Translations under genes and position numbers: made by a program
Notes under the pieces: model-generated
Told to the model about the DNA's origin: nothing
Seen by the model: only the letters and a program-made list of their open reading frames with translations
The model's database searches: none
Part shown: positions 16,660-26,375 of the stretch, piece by piece
How positions within the stretch are numbered: position 1 is the first letter of the stretch
Layout of the letters: every line of letters starts with the position of its first letter
Assembly (NCBI GenBank): GCA_964436545.1
Contig: CAYTCJ010000001.1
Location: 14,392-78,391, forward strand
Origin: an uncultured Candidatus Saccharibacteria bacterium
GTDB lineage: Bacteria > Patescibacteriota > Doudnabacteria > UBA920
Direction of reading: 5' to 3'
DNA: 64,000 nucleotides

Positions 16660-17379
16660 TTACGTTTTTCCCAAAAAGACTTTTTCTAAAATATCGCTTT
16701 GAATAATGTGTTGGCCGGAATCGGTTTTTATTACTTGACCTTGAGCCAATACATAAGCTCTATCTACCATTGCCAGTAAAGATTTTAAATTGTGTTCTAC
16801 CACCACCACGGCTGTTTGGTGCCTGTGGTTGATTTCTTGAATTTTGGCAAATACTTCTTTTACCATTTTGGGCGATAAGCCCAAACTGGGTTCGTCTAAC
16901 AATAAAATTTTTGGCTCTGTCATTAGCCCTCGGGCAATGGCCAGCATTTGCTGTTGTCCGCCGGACAACTCACCGCTTTTGGCATGCCGTTTGGCTTTTA
17001 GCATGGGAAAAATTTCCAAAAGTTCCGCTATTCGGCGGTTAATTTCCGCAGGGGGGTTAACGGTGTAGCCACCAATCGCCAAGTTTTCCTCTACGGTTAA
17101 ATATTTAAACACTCTTCGGCCCTGCGGAACAAACGAAATACCTAAACTTACCATTTCATGCGTAAGGGGCTTAATGGATTTTTCGTGCCACAAAATTTGT
17201 CCGCTATCTATAGGTACTAAACCAAACATGGCTTTAAGGATGGTAGATTTACCCGCGCCATTCGGGCCCATAAGCGCCACAATTTCGCCTTCGTCAATGG
17301 CAATATTCACATTATTAAGTGCTTTGACTCCGCCGTAGTGAACGGATACATTTTTTAGTTGTAATAATATCTCTTGCAT
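16660..17379 (-). CDS. livF: Branched-chain amino acid ABC transporter ATPase
   Basis: GPNGAGKST, VPQGRRVF, LSGGQQQMLAIARGL and LDEPSLGL. Confidence 0.93.
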   Translation of the reverse strand: MQEILLQLKNVSVHYGGVKALNNVNIAIDEGEIVALMGPNGAGKSTILKAMFGLVPIDSGQILWHEKSIKPLTHEMVSLGISFVPQGRRVFKYLTVEENLAIGGYTVNPPAEINRRIAELLEIFPMLKAKRHAKSGELSGGQQQMLAIARGLMTEPKILLLDEPSLGLSPKMVKEVFAKIQEINHRHQTAVVVVEHNLKSLLAMVDRAYVLAQGQVIKTDSGQHIIQSDILEKVFLGKT

Positions 17380-17493
17380 AAAATTTTAAGCTCGAAAATC
17401 TAAATGCTAAACAAACATTCAAATTATAAATTTTAAAGTTTAAACATTTGGGTTTTAGATTTTGTTTAGATTTTAGGATTTAGAATTTAGATT

Positions 17494-18225
17494 TTATTCC
17501 CCAAGGTATGCTTCGATGACTTTTTTTTCCGCTAAAACTTTCTCAGGTTGGCCTTGGGCCAGCAGTTTGCCTTCATCCATTACGTATAAATAATCACACA
17601 GTTCGCGAATGAGTTCCATATTATGTTCAATTAGGATAAGGGTTTTACCCTGCTGGCGCATTTCCTTAATAATACTTACCACAATTTTTATCATTTCCTT
17701 AAACAGTCCGGCAAAAGGTTCGTCCAGAAAGACAATTTTGGCATCCATGGCCAGCACACGGGCGATTTCTAAAAGTTTTCTTTGCCCGTAAGATAAATTA
17801 ATGGCCAGTTGATGTCGTTTTTCCCACAGTCCCACTTTTTCTAAAAGTTCTTTGGTGCGGATTTCGTCCAATTTTGTGTGCCGGGAAAATAAGGCCCCAA
17901 AAATATTTCGCTCGGTAAGAGTGACTAAAATATTATCTTGTACAGTTATTTGTTCAAACAGTTTTACTTCTTGGAAAGTTCGGGTAATTTGGTAAAGCGG
18001 GTTATGATGGGGAATAATGTTATTTAAGATCACGCCATCAATTTCCACTTTTCCGGCATCAATTTTATGAATACCTGTGAGTAAGTTGGTAAGCGTAGAT
18101 TTACCTGAGCCGTTTGGGCCCACCACTCCGGTAATTTTGCCTTGTTTAAAACCCATAGATAGGTTATCTACCGCGTAAACTCCGCCAAAGTGCTTACTTA
18201 AATTGTGGGTTTGTAAGATATTCAT
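17494..18225 (-). CDS. livG: Branched-chain amino acid ABC transporter ATPase
   Basis: GPNGSGKST, RTFQ, LSYGQRKLLEIAR and C-terminal AYLG. Confidence 0.93.
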   Translation of the reverse strand: MNILQTHNLSKHFGGVYAVDNLSMGFKQGKITGVVGPNGSGKSTLTNLLTGIHKIDAGKVEIDGVILNNIIPHHNPLYQITRTFQEVKLFEQITVQDNILVTLTERNIFGALFSRHTKLDEIRTKELLEKVGLWEKRHQLAINLSYGQRKLLEIARVLAMDAKIVFLDEPFAGLFKEMIKIVVSIIKEMRQQGKTLILIEHNMELIRELCDYLYVMDEGKLLAQGQPEKVLAEKKVIEAYLGE

Positions 18226-18331
18226 GTGATTTAATTCGAAACTACTAAATCAACGAATCTGCGAAAGATCTGCGAAATAAAAATTTCGTATTGTTTTCGT
18301 GGTTTCGAGTATATTTTGTAGCTTCGTATTA

Positions 18332-19198
18332 TCATAATTTGTATTCTCCTAACAGACCTTGGGGTTTATGCATCATTAAAATTATTAACAAGAGTCCGTA
18401 AAGACCAAAACGGGCTTGGGCCGCAATGTCATTGGGTAAGCCTAAAAAGCGAAGTAGTTCGGGTAACAGAATTAAGAATAAGGCGCCAAACACAGAACCT
18501 TTTAAATTCGCCAGACCGCCTAAAATAATCATAGATAAAATTAAAACCGATTCGTGAATGGTAAAAGTGGACGGGTCAATAAAAGTTATATAGGTGGCAA
18601 ACAAGGCACCGGCCATACCGGCCATACCCGCGCTAAAAGTAAAGATGGCTAATTTATAGTGGCTGGGATTGTAGCCAAATATTGCAATGGTTTGTTCATC
18701 TTCGCGAATGGCTTTAAGCACTCGGCCAAAAGCCGATTGGGTAATAAATTTACAGAGCAGAAAAATTAAGAGTAAACAGCCAACAGTGAGTAATAAAAAG
18801 TTAAAGTTATCAAAAAAAGCTAAGCCAAATAACTCAGGGCGGGGGATGCCCGGAATGCCTAACGGACCGCGAGTTAAACTTTGCCAATTGAGCATAACGG
18901 AAAACACAATGGCGTTAAAACCTAAAGTGGCTAAAGCGTAATAATCATCTTTAAATTTGCTAAACACCAGCCCAACAAATACAGATAACAACATTGCCAA
19001 ACCGAGACTCATTAATACAGAAAAAAAGAAATTAAGACGATATTCAGTTGTGAGTATGGCAGTGGTATATGCTCCAATGCCAAAAAATCCCGCATGAGCT
19101 AAAGAGAGTAGTCCGGTGTAGCCCACAATTAAATTCAGCGATAGGGCTAGGACCGCATAAATGGCGAAGATAATGGCGAGATGAGTGAGGTATTCCAT
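18332..19198 (-). CDS. livM: Branched-chain amino acid ABC transporter permease
   Basis: GYTGLLSLAHAGFFGIGAY, TRGPLG and GRVLKAIRED. Confidence 0.92.
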   Translation of the reverse strand: MEYLTHLAIIFAIYAVLALSLNLIVGYTGLLSLAHAGFFGIGAYTTAILTTEYRLNFFFSVLMSLGLAMLLSVFVGLVFSKFKDDYYALATLGFNAIVFSVMLNWQSLTRGPLGIPGIPRPELFGLAFFDNFNFLLLTVGCLLLIFLLCKFITQSAFGRVLKAIREDEQTIAIFGYNPSHYKLAIFTFSAGMAGMAGALFATYITFIDPSTFTIHESVLILSMIILGGLANLKGSVFGALFLILLPELLRFLGLPNDIAAQARFGLYGLLLIILMMHKPQGLLGEYKL

Positions 19199-19288
19199 AT
19201 ATTAAGTGTACAAAAATGACAAAAACGACGGAAATGACAAAAATATAGTGTCCAAATTTTTGCTCATTTTAGATTTTTATTATTTTTG

Positions 19289-20155
19289 TCATTTTTTTAT
19301 TATTCCTTGCGGTCTGAAGAGTAGAAAAATAATTAGTAAACCAAAAGCAATCGCGTCTTTCCATTCGCCGGAAATTTTCCAAATGCCAAAATTTTCCACA
19401 AAGCCCAGTAAAAACCCACCTAAAAATCCGCCGGTTATTGTGCCTAGTCCGCCAATAATGGCAGCAATTATGCCTTTGAGCAGTAAGTTTAAACCCATTA
19501 TGGGCTCTATACCGGTGTCGTGGCCAATAAAAATTCCGACCATTCCGCTAATGCCGGCTCCGAGCATAAATACTCTAGCAATAATTTGGTTGGTATTGAT
19601 GCCGACAATCTTGGCAACTTCTTCGTCATCACTTAAAGCATTAACAGCTTGACCAAAACGAGTAAAGCGAAATAGGCAAATGAAACCTACAAACACTAAA
19701 ACAGTGGTAACAAACAGCAGGAGTTGCAGGTCGGTAAAGGTGCCATTGAGCCAGGTGAAAATTTTGGGTGGATTGGCCGGAGGGTTTAAGGTTTTAAATT
19801 GACTGGTAAACAAAATGGCAATTACAGCTTGGATGAGGCTGAATAAACCAATGGAAGCCACTAAGACAATTAGGGGTTTGCTCTTTTTTTGTCTTAAGCG
19901 CAAGAAAATAAGTTTTTCAAAAATTAGGGCAAAAATGCCGGCGCTAATGATACCTAAAATAATTGCCAAGATGGAATTTAACCCGAGCTGAATTTTTAAA
20001 TAAAACGTGGTATAAGCGCCAATGACGGCAAAAGCTCCGTGGGCAAAATTAAAAAATTTGGTGGCACCAAAAATCAAATTAAAACTCATGGCTAAGAGGG
20101 CATAAAAACTGCCGGCAATTAGGGAGTTGATTATGAGTTGGGGCAGAATATCCAT
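19289..20155 (-). CDS. livH: Branched-chain amino acid ABC transporter permease
   Basis: QLIINSLIAGSFYAL, NFAHG and AAIIGGLG; start at MDILPQ. Confidence 0.92.
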   Translation of the reverse strand: MDILPQLIINSLIAGSFYALLAMSFNLIFGATKFFNFAHGAFAVIGAYTTFYLKIQLGLNSILAIILGIISAGIFALIFEKLIFLRLRQKKSKPLIVLVASIGLFSLIQAVIAILFTSQFKTLNPPANPPKIFTWLNGTFTDLQLLLFVTTVLVFVGFICLFRFTRFGQAVNALSDDEEVAKIVGINTNQIIARVFMLGAGISGMVGIFIGHDTGIEPIMGLNLLLKGIIAAIIGGLGTITGGFLGGFLLGFVENFGIWKISGEWKDAIAFGLLIIFLLFRPQGIIKK

Positions 20156-20253
20156 AGTATTACACTGATTACAAATCCGCCAGACGGCGGACACAAATAT
20201 TACTGATAGTTATTGTAAATATTATATCAAATTTTTATATTCAAATAAAAAAC

Positions 20254-20282
20254 AAAACCTCCCGAAATAATCGGGAGGTTTT
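20254..20282 (-). terminator. Stem-loop downstream of livK
   Basis: aaaacctcccga-aataa-tcgggaggtttt. Confidence 0.7.
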
Positions 20283-20290
20283 AGGTAAGG

Positions 20291-21460
20291 TTATTCAATA
20301 ATCGGAACTAATTTACCGTCTTTAATAACGGATGCTGAGTATGACGACTCATTATCACCATCGGGCTTGATGGAAACTTTACCTAAGGCTCCCGGCCAAT
20401 TTTTAATTGTTCGGGACCATTTGGCTAAGGCTTCGCCATTATAGCCCACGGTTTTGACGCCTTCGGCAAAGAGAGATACTAAATCATAATTGGCTGCAGA
20501 AAAACCTACAAAACTGATATCGGTATTGAATCTTTTTTTATAATTTTCAACTAAGGTTTTTAATTTCGGATTAGTTTCATCGGTTTTAAATTCTACCCCT
20601 AGCGCTCCTTCCATTTGAGCTTTGTTGTCAGTTAAGAATTTAATATCTGTGCTGACTATTTCATTTAACATAAGTTGAGGCTTCCAGTTTTGATCTGTCA
20701 TTTGCTTTAAAATTTTAGCAAAGGAAGTTGAACCATTGGTATTTAAAAATAGGGCATCCGGTTTGGTATTTTTTAATTTGGTGATTTGTGTGCTAAAGTT
20801 GGCTGTTCCGGGTGCAAATTCTTCGCTTTCTACCACTCCGCCTAATTTTTCAAAACTGTCTTTAAAAGCTTTTAATATGCCAGTGGCATATTCGGTTTGT
20901 TCGGTTAATACTGCCACTTTTTTATAACCTTTTTTATTAGCCATTTCGGCATCGATTTGGCCTTGGGCATTATCGTTGGGAGCGAGTCTGAAAAAATATG
21001 GGCTAATACCGGCCAGTTTGGGGTTGGTGGCTGAACCAGAGGCTAACACAACTTTACCAGCAGTCACAATTGGCTCAGCAGCTAGGGATTCACCACTGCA
21101 CAGACCGCCAATAATAAATTGGACTTTATCAACATTTACTAATTTTTGTGCTGCTGCACTGGCATCTTTGCCATTACATTTTCCATCTTCTAAAATTAAT
21201 TGAACTGTTTTGCCACTAATGCCACCTTGTTGATTTAATTCATCAACTGCCAGCTGTAAAACATTTTTAAAGACTTCGCCAATATTGGCTGTATCACCGG
21301 TTAAGCCTTGAATGGCTCCCAGTTTTATAACTTCGGGTAGTTCTGTTTTTACTTCGGGTTTCTCGGCTGTTGGGTTTTTGCTTTGTCTTTGCGACAAAAT
21401 ACCCCAAACCACTAACGCTAGAATAATAACTCCAATAATCCATTTGGTTGTGTTTGACAT
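20291..21460 (-). CDS. livK: Branched-chain amino acid ABC substrate-binding protein, membrane-anchored
   Basis: N-terminal TM anchor, EDGKCNGKDA, IIGGLCSGES and YFFRLAPND. Confidence 0.88.
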   Translation of the reverse strand: MSNTTKWIIGVIILALVVWGILSQRQSKNPTAEKPEVKTELPEVIKLGAIQGLTGDTANIGEVFKNVLQLAVDELNQQGGISGKTVQLILEDGKCNGKDASAAAQKLVNVDKVQFIIGGLCSGESLAAEPIVTAGKVVLASGSATNPKLAGISPYFFRLAPNDNAQGQIDAEMANKKGYKKVAVLTEQTEYATGILKAFKDSFEKLGGVVESEEFAPGTANFSTQITKLKNTKPDALFLNTNGSTSFAKILKQMTDQNWKPQLMLNEIVSTDIKFLTDNKAQMEGALGVEFKTDETNPKLKTLVENYKKRFNTDISFVGFSAANYDLVSLFAEGVKTVGYNGEALAKWSRTIKNWPGALGKVSIKPDGDNESSYSASVIKDGKLVPIIE

Positions 21461-21610
21461 AGGTTATTCTTTATTATTTATTAATAGATTTATTATAATG
21501 GAAAATTGTTTTTTATCAAGGTTAAATGTGTGGATGGCTTTGCACAAAATAAAAAAGCTCAATTGATGAGCCAAAGACTAATCTTGTTAAAATTTTATTT
21601 AGCTTTGTTA

Positions 21611-22357
21611 CTATTCAAATAACAACAAAGCCCACATAGCTACAATTCCAACAATAAACCAGAGTAAATGGATAAGCGCCACGGTTTTATTTTCTTCCTT
21701 TTGCAGTTGGGGGATTAGGTCGCTCATGGCAATGTAAATAAAACTGGCAGCCGAGAGGGCGAGGAGGGGAGTTAAGGAGAGGGTGGAATTTTTAAAAATC
21801 CATAAAACCAAAATTGAGCCTAGCACCGCAGTTAAGGCGGAAATAAAATTATAAAAGAGAGCTTTGGTTTTAGAAAAACCGCCGTGCACTAAAATGGCAA
21901 AGTTGCCCAGCTCTTGGGGAATTTCGTGAAAGATTACCGCTAACGTGGTGGCTATGCCCAAAGTCGGGCTAGTTAAATAGGCAGCAGCAATCACCATACC
22001 GTCTATAAAATTATGCATGCCATCGCTAATGAGGCTTAGGTAAGTGTAAGCGTGCACAGTTTCGTTATGCTCGCTGTGCGGATGGTGCCAAAAAATAAAT
22101 TTTTCCAAAATGAAAAAAATAATTATTCCCGACAATAACCACACACCGGTAAAGTTTGTCCAGCCGGTTTCGGTAATTTCCGGCAAAATATGAATAAAGA
22201 CATCGCCAAGGAGGGCGCCGGCGGAAAAACTCACCAAAGGTAAAAGCCAGTGCTTTAATTTTTCATTACCAATAATTAAGGTAATAATCCCAACCAATGA
22301 GATTAAACTTACGGCAAAAACGCTGAGTAGAGAATAAGTCCAAATGTGGGTAGGCAT
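21611..22357 (-). CDS. ZIP (ZupT) family zinc transporter
   Basis: HILPE, His-rich loop HHPHSEH, HNFIDG and HEIPQELG. Confidence 0.93.
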   Translation of the reverse strand: MPTHIWTYSLLSVFAVSLISLVGIITLIIGNEKLKHWLLPLVSFSAGALLGDVFIHILPEITETGWTNFTGVWLLSGIIIFFILEKFIFWHHPHSEHNETVHAYTYLSLISDGMHNFIDGMVIAAAYLTSPTLGIATTLAVIFHEIPQELGNFAILVHGGFSKTKALFYNFISALTAVLGSILVLWIFKNSTLSLTPLLALSAASFIYIAMSDLIPQLQKEENKTVALIHLLWFIVGIVAMWALLLFE

Positions 22358-22359
22358 AG

Positions 22360-23430
22360 TTAGTTAACTTGTTTGATAGCCAAAAAAGTAAGTAAGCTTA
22401 TTATAGCTCCAAACAACAAAGCAGACAATAAGGTGTTAGACCCAGTTTCGGGTGCGGTAAAGGTATTGGTGCCCGCAACACTACCCGGATTAAAGATGTT
22501 TTGTTCAGCGCGCTCCACAACTAAATTTACAGCTCCACTGCCCCCGCTGAATTGTAAGTAGTAAGTGCCATTATTTAATTCCGCAAGGACTTTTTTGACT
22601 GCGCTGGGACAGGTGGCGGAAGAGCCGGACATTAAAGAAATTTCTCCACCCGAGGAATTGGTAATTTTTACCGGCAGGTTTTGGTTAAGTAAAAAAATGT
22701 AATCGCCGGATGTGGGGGGTGTAAAAGCAACATAGTTTTGGTTGTGGGGTAGAGAGATATTAAATCTAGTATGCGAACGGGAAACATCGGGCGCATTTTG
22801 GGTTTGCTGGGTAGCGGTAACCGCTCTATCCGGTCCGTTTTGCACGTGTAAGCAGGCATGTTCTTCTAATTCATCAATTAAATTTTGATTGGTCACAGTC
22901 CCGTTGGGGGTTGGAGTTGGGTTAGGGTTTGTATTGCCAGTTGGGGGATTGGGGTTTGCATGAGAACGAGCGGGTATTGTAAGGGTGGTGGCGCTGGACA
23001 CCGGATTGGCGTTTTGGGCCGTGGCTGAGGCGGTATCTTGGCTTTGTCCGCTTTGAATGGTTTTAGCTTTATACATAATTACAGTCGGCGATGCCGTAAT
23101 GCTGGTAAATCTTAAACCCCCACTGGTTAGACCGGTTGGGGAGCTTTGACCATTTACAGTTAAACTGCCGGGAAGATATTCTAATAAGTGAGAGGGGAAG
23201 GTGTCGCTAACTACGGCATCCACAATATTGATGCCATTGGCGCTTTTAACCTCTAATTTAAATTCCACTTCTTCGCCTAAATGAACTTCCGCAGTGCTGG
23301 CAAAATCACCGGCGTCACTTAAGTTTCGCACGGTTTTTTGCAGGCTTAATTGGCCTAAGTTGGCTCCGGCCAAAGCCAGGTGAGGGCTTATAAACGGTAA
23401 GATTAAGAATAAGAATAAAAGTTTTTTCAT
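22360..23430 (-). CDS. Secreted or surface protein: DUF11-like Ig domain, PT linker, His/Cys-containing domain, C-terminal PETG + TM anchor
   Basis: Signal peptide, LQKTVRN..GEEVEF..VVSDTFP..LEYLPGS, EEHACLH, APETG followed by a hydrophobic tail. Confidence 0.75.
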   Translation of the reverse strand: MKKLLFLFLILPFISPHLALAGANLGQLSLQKTVRNLSDAGDFASTAEVHLGEEVEFKLEVKSANGINIVDAVVSDTFPSHLLEYLPGSLTVNGQSSPTGLTSGGLRFTSITASPTVIMYKAKTIQSGQSQDTASATAQNANPVSSATTLTIPARSHANPNPPTGNTNPNPTPTPNGTVTNQNLIDELEEHACLHVQNGPDRAVTATQQTQNAPDVSRSHTRFNISLPHNQNYVAFTPPTSGDYIFLLNQNLPVKITNSSGGEISLMSGSSATCPSAVKKVLAELNNGTYYLQFSGGSGAVNLVVERAEQNIFNPGSVAGTNTFTAPETGSNTLLSALLFGAIISLLTFLAIKQVN

Positions 23431-23481
23431 AGGTTTGGTTAGCTGGCGTGAGATTAATAATTATTTATGATTAAATAATAT

Positions 23482-23502
23482 AAATGCAAATCATTTGCAT
23501 TT
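23482..23502. promoter_or_regulatory. Putative Zur box
   Basis: Perfect 10-1-10 palindrome AAATGCAAAT-C-ATTTGCATTT upstream of the surface protein-ZIP operon. Confidence 0.8.
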
Positions 23503-23523
23503 TATAACAACTGTGTCGCTATG

Positions 23524-24090
23524 TCAATGGGACGACAGTTTTGTAAAAGTTAAGCACCTAATCCCATTTAGCCAACTCAAGGTGGTTTGGTGTTGGAAAG
23601 TAAAGTGGGCGACAGTGCCGAGGTTAATAATTTCTCGGGGTTGGTAGTATTGTTTAAAAAAATATTTTTCCGGGCACTTGTCTTGGTTTAAAAACCATTG
23701 CGACAGTTTGGTTAGAGGCATTAAGTCCACAATTAGCAGTTGGCCCAAGGGTTTTAAGACTCGGTAAGCTTCGGTTAAAATTAATTCCGGATTGGGGTAG
23801 TGGTGGCCGGAAAAGACGCAATCAAAAGTGTGCTCGGCAAAAGGTAAGTGTTCGGCATTGGCTACTGTAAACTGAGCCCAAGGATTTTGGTGTTTGGCTC
23901 GGTTAATGGCAGTGGGGGAAAGGTCTATGCCATAGCCTGTTAGGCCGGGGCAAAATTTCTTTAAGATTCTTAATTCATTGCCATTTCCGCAAGAAATATC
24001 TAAAAATTCAGGATTTGGAGGCAAGGTAAAAAGCTTAAAAAATTTTTTTTCTTCGGAAAAGTTTAACCAATTAGAAAGTTTTTTAAGCAT
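23524..24090 (-). CDS. Class I SAM-dependent methyltransferase
   Basis: FLDISCGNG, GIDLS, LPFAEHTFDCV and RVLKPLG. Confidence 0.85.
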   Translation of the reverse strand: MLKKLSNWLNFSEEKKFFKLFTLPPNPEFLDISCGNGNELRILKKFCPGLTGYGIDLSPTAINRAKHQNPWAQFTVANAEHLPFAEHTFDCVFSGHHYPNPELILTEAYRVLKPLGQLLIVDLMPLTKLSQWFLNQDKCPEKYFFKQYYQPREIINLGTVAHFTFQHQTTLSWLNGIRCLTFTKLSSH

Positions 24091-24153
24091 ATTTGTTAAA
24101 AGTTGTGGCAAGGGGAGAGGTGGCTAGTTCCTCCCGCTTGCCTAAAAAAGGTT

Positions 24154-24690
24154 TTAGTGGTCGTGCCCGCCCCCAAAGGGGAGGGCTCGGGTTGCGCCGT
24201 GGGTGAGAAGCTCGGCCAGAAAAGCGGAGATCCCGTGGCCGAAAGCCACTTTTTTAAGCGGGCCCCAAATCCGCCTTTCAAAAAAACCTTTCTTTTGAAT
24301 GATTGCTACTTTATATGCTCGGCTGTCCGAGCAAATATAATAGCCTATCCTGTCCACCTTTTGTCCTGCCCAAGCCCCAGGCAGGACACAAAACACCGCG
24401 CTTTGGGTCTGCTGGTTCTTCCAGTCAGACCAAGATCCAGCGCCCCACACTACCTTCTGGTCGTGCCAGAGAGGCGGGGGGTAGTTTCTCCGTATTTGGT
24501 CATATGTTCCGAGCAGGGGGCCCGGGTACACGACCACGGCCTGAAACCCCGTGGGAAGGTTTTTTAGGAGGTCTTCCAATCCTCCTTCGTGTTGTGGCAC
24601 GCCACGGCGCGAAAAGCCGTGGTCGTGCCCATCTTGCCCCAGGGCGCACCATGGGGCGAACAAAAGCGCCAAAAACAATAGTAACAGCAT
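24154..24690 (-). CDS. Secreted hypothetical protein with GHDH motifs at both ends
   Basis: Signal peptide, QDGHDHG after the predicted cleavage site, GGGHDH at the C-terminus; directly downstream of a promoter with a Zur-like box. Confidence 0.7.
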   Translation of the reverse strand: MLLLLFLALLFAPWCALGQDGHDHGFSRRGVPQHEGGLEDLLKNLPTGFQAVVVYPGPLLGTYDQIRRNYPPPLWHDQKVVWGAGSWSDWKNQQTQSAVFCVLPGAWAGQKVDRIGYYICSDSRAYKVAIIQKKGFFERRIWGPLKKVAFGHGISAFLAELLTHGATRALPFGGGHDH

Positions 24691-24704
24691 CGCTTACATA
24701 TCTT

Positions 24705-24729
24705 AATGCAAATCATTTGCATTTGTCAA
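24705..24729 (-). promoter_or_regulatory. Second putative Zur box, inside a promoter spacer
   Basis: AATGCAAAT-C-ATTTGCATT (24705-24723) adjoining a minus-strand TTGACA (24724-24729). Confidence 0.8.
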
Positions 24730-24839
24730 TATCCAAAAATTACAGATGGCATTAATACTCAGATGACGTTTGTAAACCTATTTTTTAGCCAGCCATCAAA
24801 TTATTTGGCTAATCGCAAGTTTTATTCTATAATTTCCAT

Positions 24840-25265
24840 ATGCAAACAGTGTGCAATATCCACAAGGAAAAAATTTCTAAGTCCCTAAAAGCGGGTAAAT
24901 TAAAAGTAACCCCCATAAGGGTTCGGTTGTTAGATATTTTAGAGCATGCCCACAAGCCCCTAAGGGTTAAGGACATTTGTCAAAAAATAAAATCCGACAT
25001 TGTTACGGTTTATCGGAATTTGGAAAATTTGGTGGCGTTGGGTTTGGTGAAAAGAATTTTTTTAGATCAAAAAGAAGCCTATTTTGAATTAGCCAATCAA
25101 GCTCACCACCACCACGCAATTTGTCAGCTGTGTGGTTTGGTTGTAGATGTAAAAATTGCTCACCATAACCAATTGGAAAAAACCGCTTTAAAAACTTCCG
25201 GGTTTGCCAATATTAGTAGTCATAGTTTGGAATTTTTTGGAATTTGTAAAAAGTGTCAAAAGTAA
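24840..25265 (+). CDS. Fur family regulator, probably Zur
   Basis: KVTPIR, TVYRNL, HHHHAICQLCG and C-terminal GICKKC; next to a ZIP transporter. Confidence 0.9.
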   Translation: MQTVCNIHKEKISKSLKAGKLKVTPIRVRLLDILEHAHKPLRVKDICQKIKSDIVTVYRNLENLVALGLVKRIFLDQKEAYFELANQAHHHHAICQLCGLVVDVKIAHHNQLEKTALKTSGFANISSHSLEFFGICKKCQK

Positions 25266-25269
25266 AAAT

Positions 25270-25797
25270 ATGATTTTAACCGGTAAACAAGTGCTCTTAA
25301 GACCTGTAAAGCTTAGCGATGCCAAGCGGTTTGTAAAATGGTTTAATGACCCTCAGGTGAATAAATTTATGTTTGTTAGAGGTATTACTTTAGCAGAGGA
25401 AAAGAAGTATATCTTAAATAGAATTCAAGGTAAGGTGAAAGATGTTTTGCATTTTTGTATAGACACCCAAACCGGAGTGCATATTGGCGCAGTGTCTTTA
25501 GAAAGTATTCAAAAACGCAATAAAAATGCCAGCTTTGGGATTATTATTGGCGATAAAAATTATTGGAGTAAGGGTTATGGGGAAGAAGCCTCTAGGTTGA
25601 TTTTGGATTATGGATTTAAAAAATTAAAACTGCATCGTGTTGAGCTGGATGTGTACAGTTACAATCACCGAGCGATGGGGCTATATAAAAAATTGGGTTT
25701 TAAAAAAGAAGCGGTGAGACGAGAGCACAATTTTTATAATGGGAAATTTTACGATACAATTATTATGGGTTTGTTAGACAGAGAGTGGAAAAATTAA
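25270..25797 (+). CDS. RimJ/RimL-type GNAT acetyltransferase
   Basis: LRPV, IIIGDKNYWSKGYG, LHRVEL and YKKLGF. Confidence 0.9.
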   Translation: MILTGKQVLLRPVKLSDAKRFVKWFNDPQVNKFMFVRGITLAEEKKYILNRIQGKVKDVLHFCIDTQTGVHIGAVSLESIQKRNKNASFGIIIGDKNYWSKGYGEEASRLILDYGFKKLKLHRVELDVYSYNHRAMGLYKKLGFKKEAVRREHNFYNGKFYDTIIMGLLDREWKN

Positions 25798-25816
25798 AAG
25801 AAAGGTGGTGAAATTT

Positions 25817-26239
25817 ATGGGTTTTGATGTTTCGGTAAATCTTTGGGCAGTGTTAGTGTCTGCGGGAGCGAGCATGGTTATTGGGAGCGTGTGGTATGGG
25901 CCTTTGTTTGGCAAAAAATTTATTGCGCTGATGGGGATGGATAAGCTAACGCCCGCAGAAATGGTGCAAATGCAAAAAGGCATGTGGAAGACTTATGTGA
26001 TGCAAGTTGTCTCCAGTTTACTTTGTTTTTATGTTTTAGCTTGGTTTATTGAAGTCTTGGAAGCGTCAACGTTAATGGGTGGTTTAGAGGTGGCTTTTCT
26101 GATGTGGCTGGGGTTTGTTGTTCCAGTAAAATTCGGCGATGCCATTTGGGGTGGTAAAATGGGTTTATTTTGGCTGGGAATTGGTAATATGCTCTTTACA
26201 CTCTTGGCTTCAGGGGCAATTATCGGTGTGTGGCATTAA
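25817..26239 (+). CDS. DUF1761 family membrane protein
   Basis: VNLWAVLV..IGSVWYGPLFGK pattern with four TM segments. Confidence 0.8.
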   Translation: MGFDVSVNLWAVLVSAGASMVIGSVWYGPLFGKKFIALMGMDKLTPAEMVQMQKGMWKTYVMQVVSSLLCFYVLAWFIEVLEASTLMGGLEVAFLMWLGFVVPVKFGDAIWGGKMGLFWLGIGNMLFTLLASGAIIGVWH

Positions 26240-26375
26240 ATTAGTATAGTAGGACTTACGCTTTTGAGCTAAGTTCAAGGTATTTTTTCAAAGATGATCT
26301 TTGTTAATTAAAAAGACAAAGATCATCTTTGATATTTTGCTTGGCTCTTAGGTCAATTTTTGATATGATTAGCTT

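Noticed and set aside
19206-19652. 148 aa plus-strand ORF
   Set aside because: Antisense shadow of livH that begins in a 9-mer repeat (KNDKNDGNDKN).
24103-24755. Plus-strand ORFs of 154 and 150 aa
   Set aside because: Shadows in a GC-rich patch; the minus-strand ORF has a signal peptide, promoter and regulator box.
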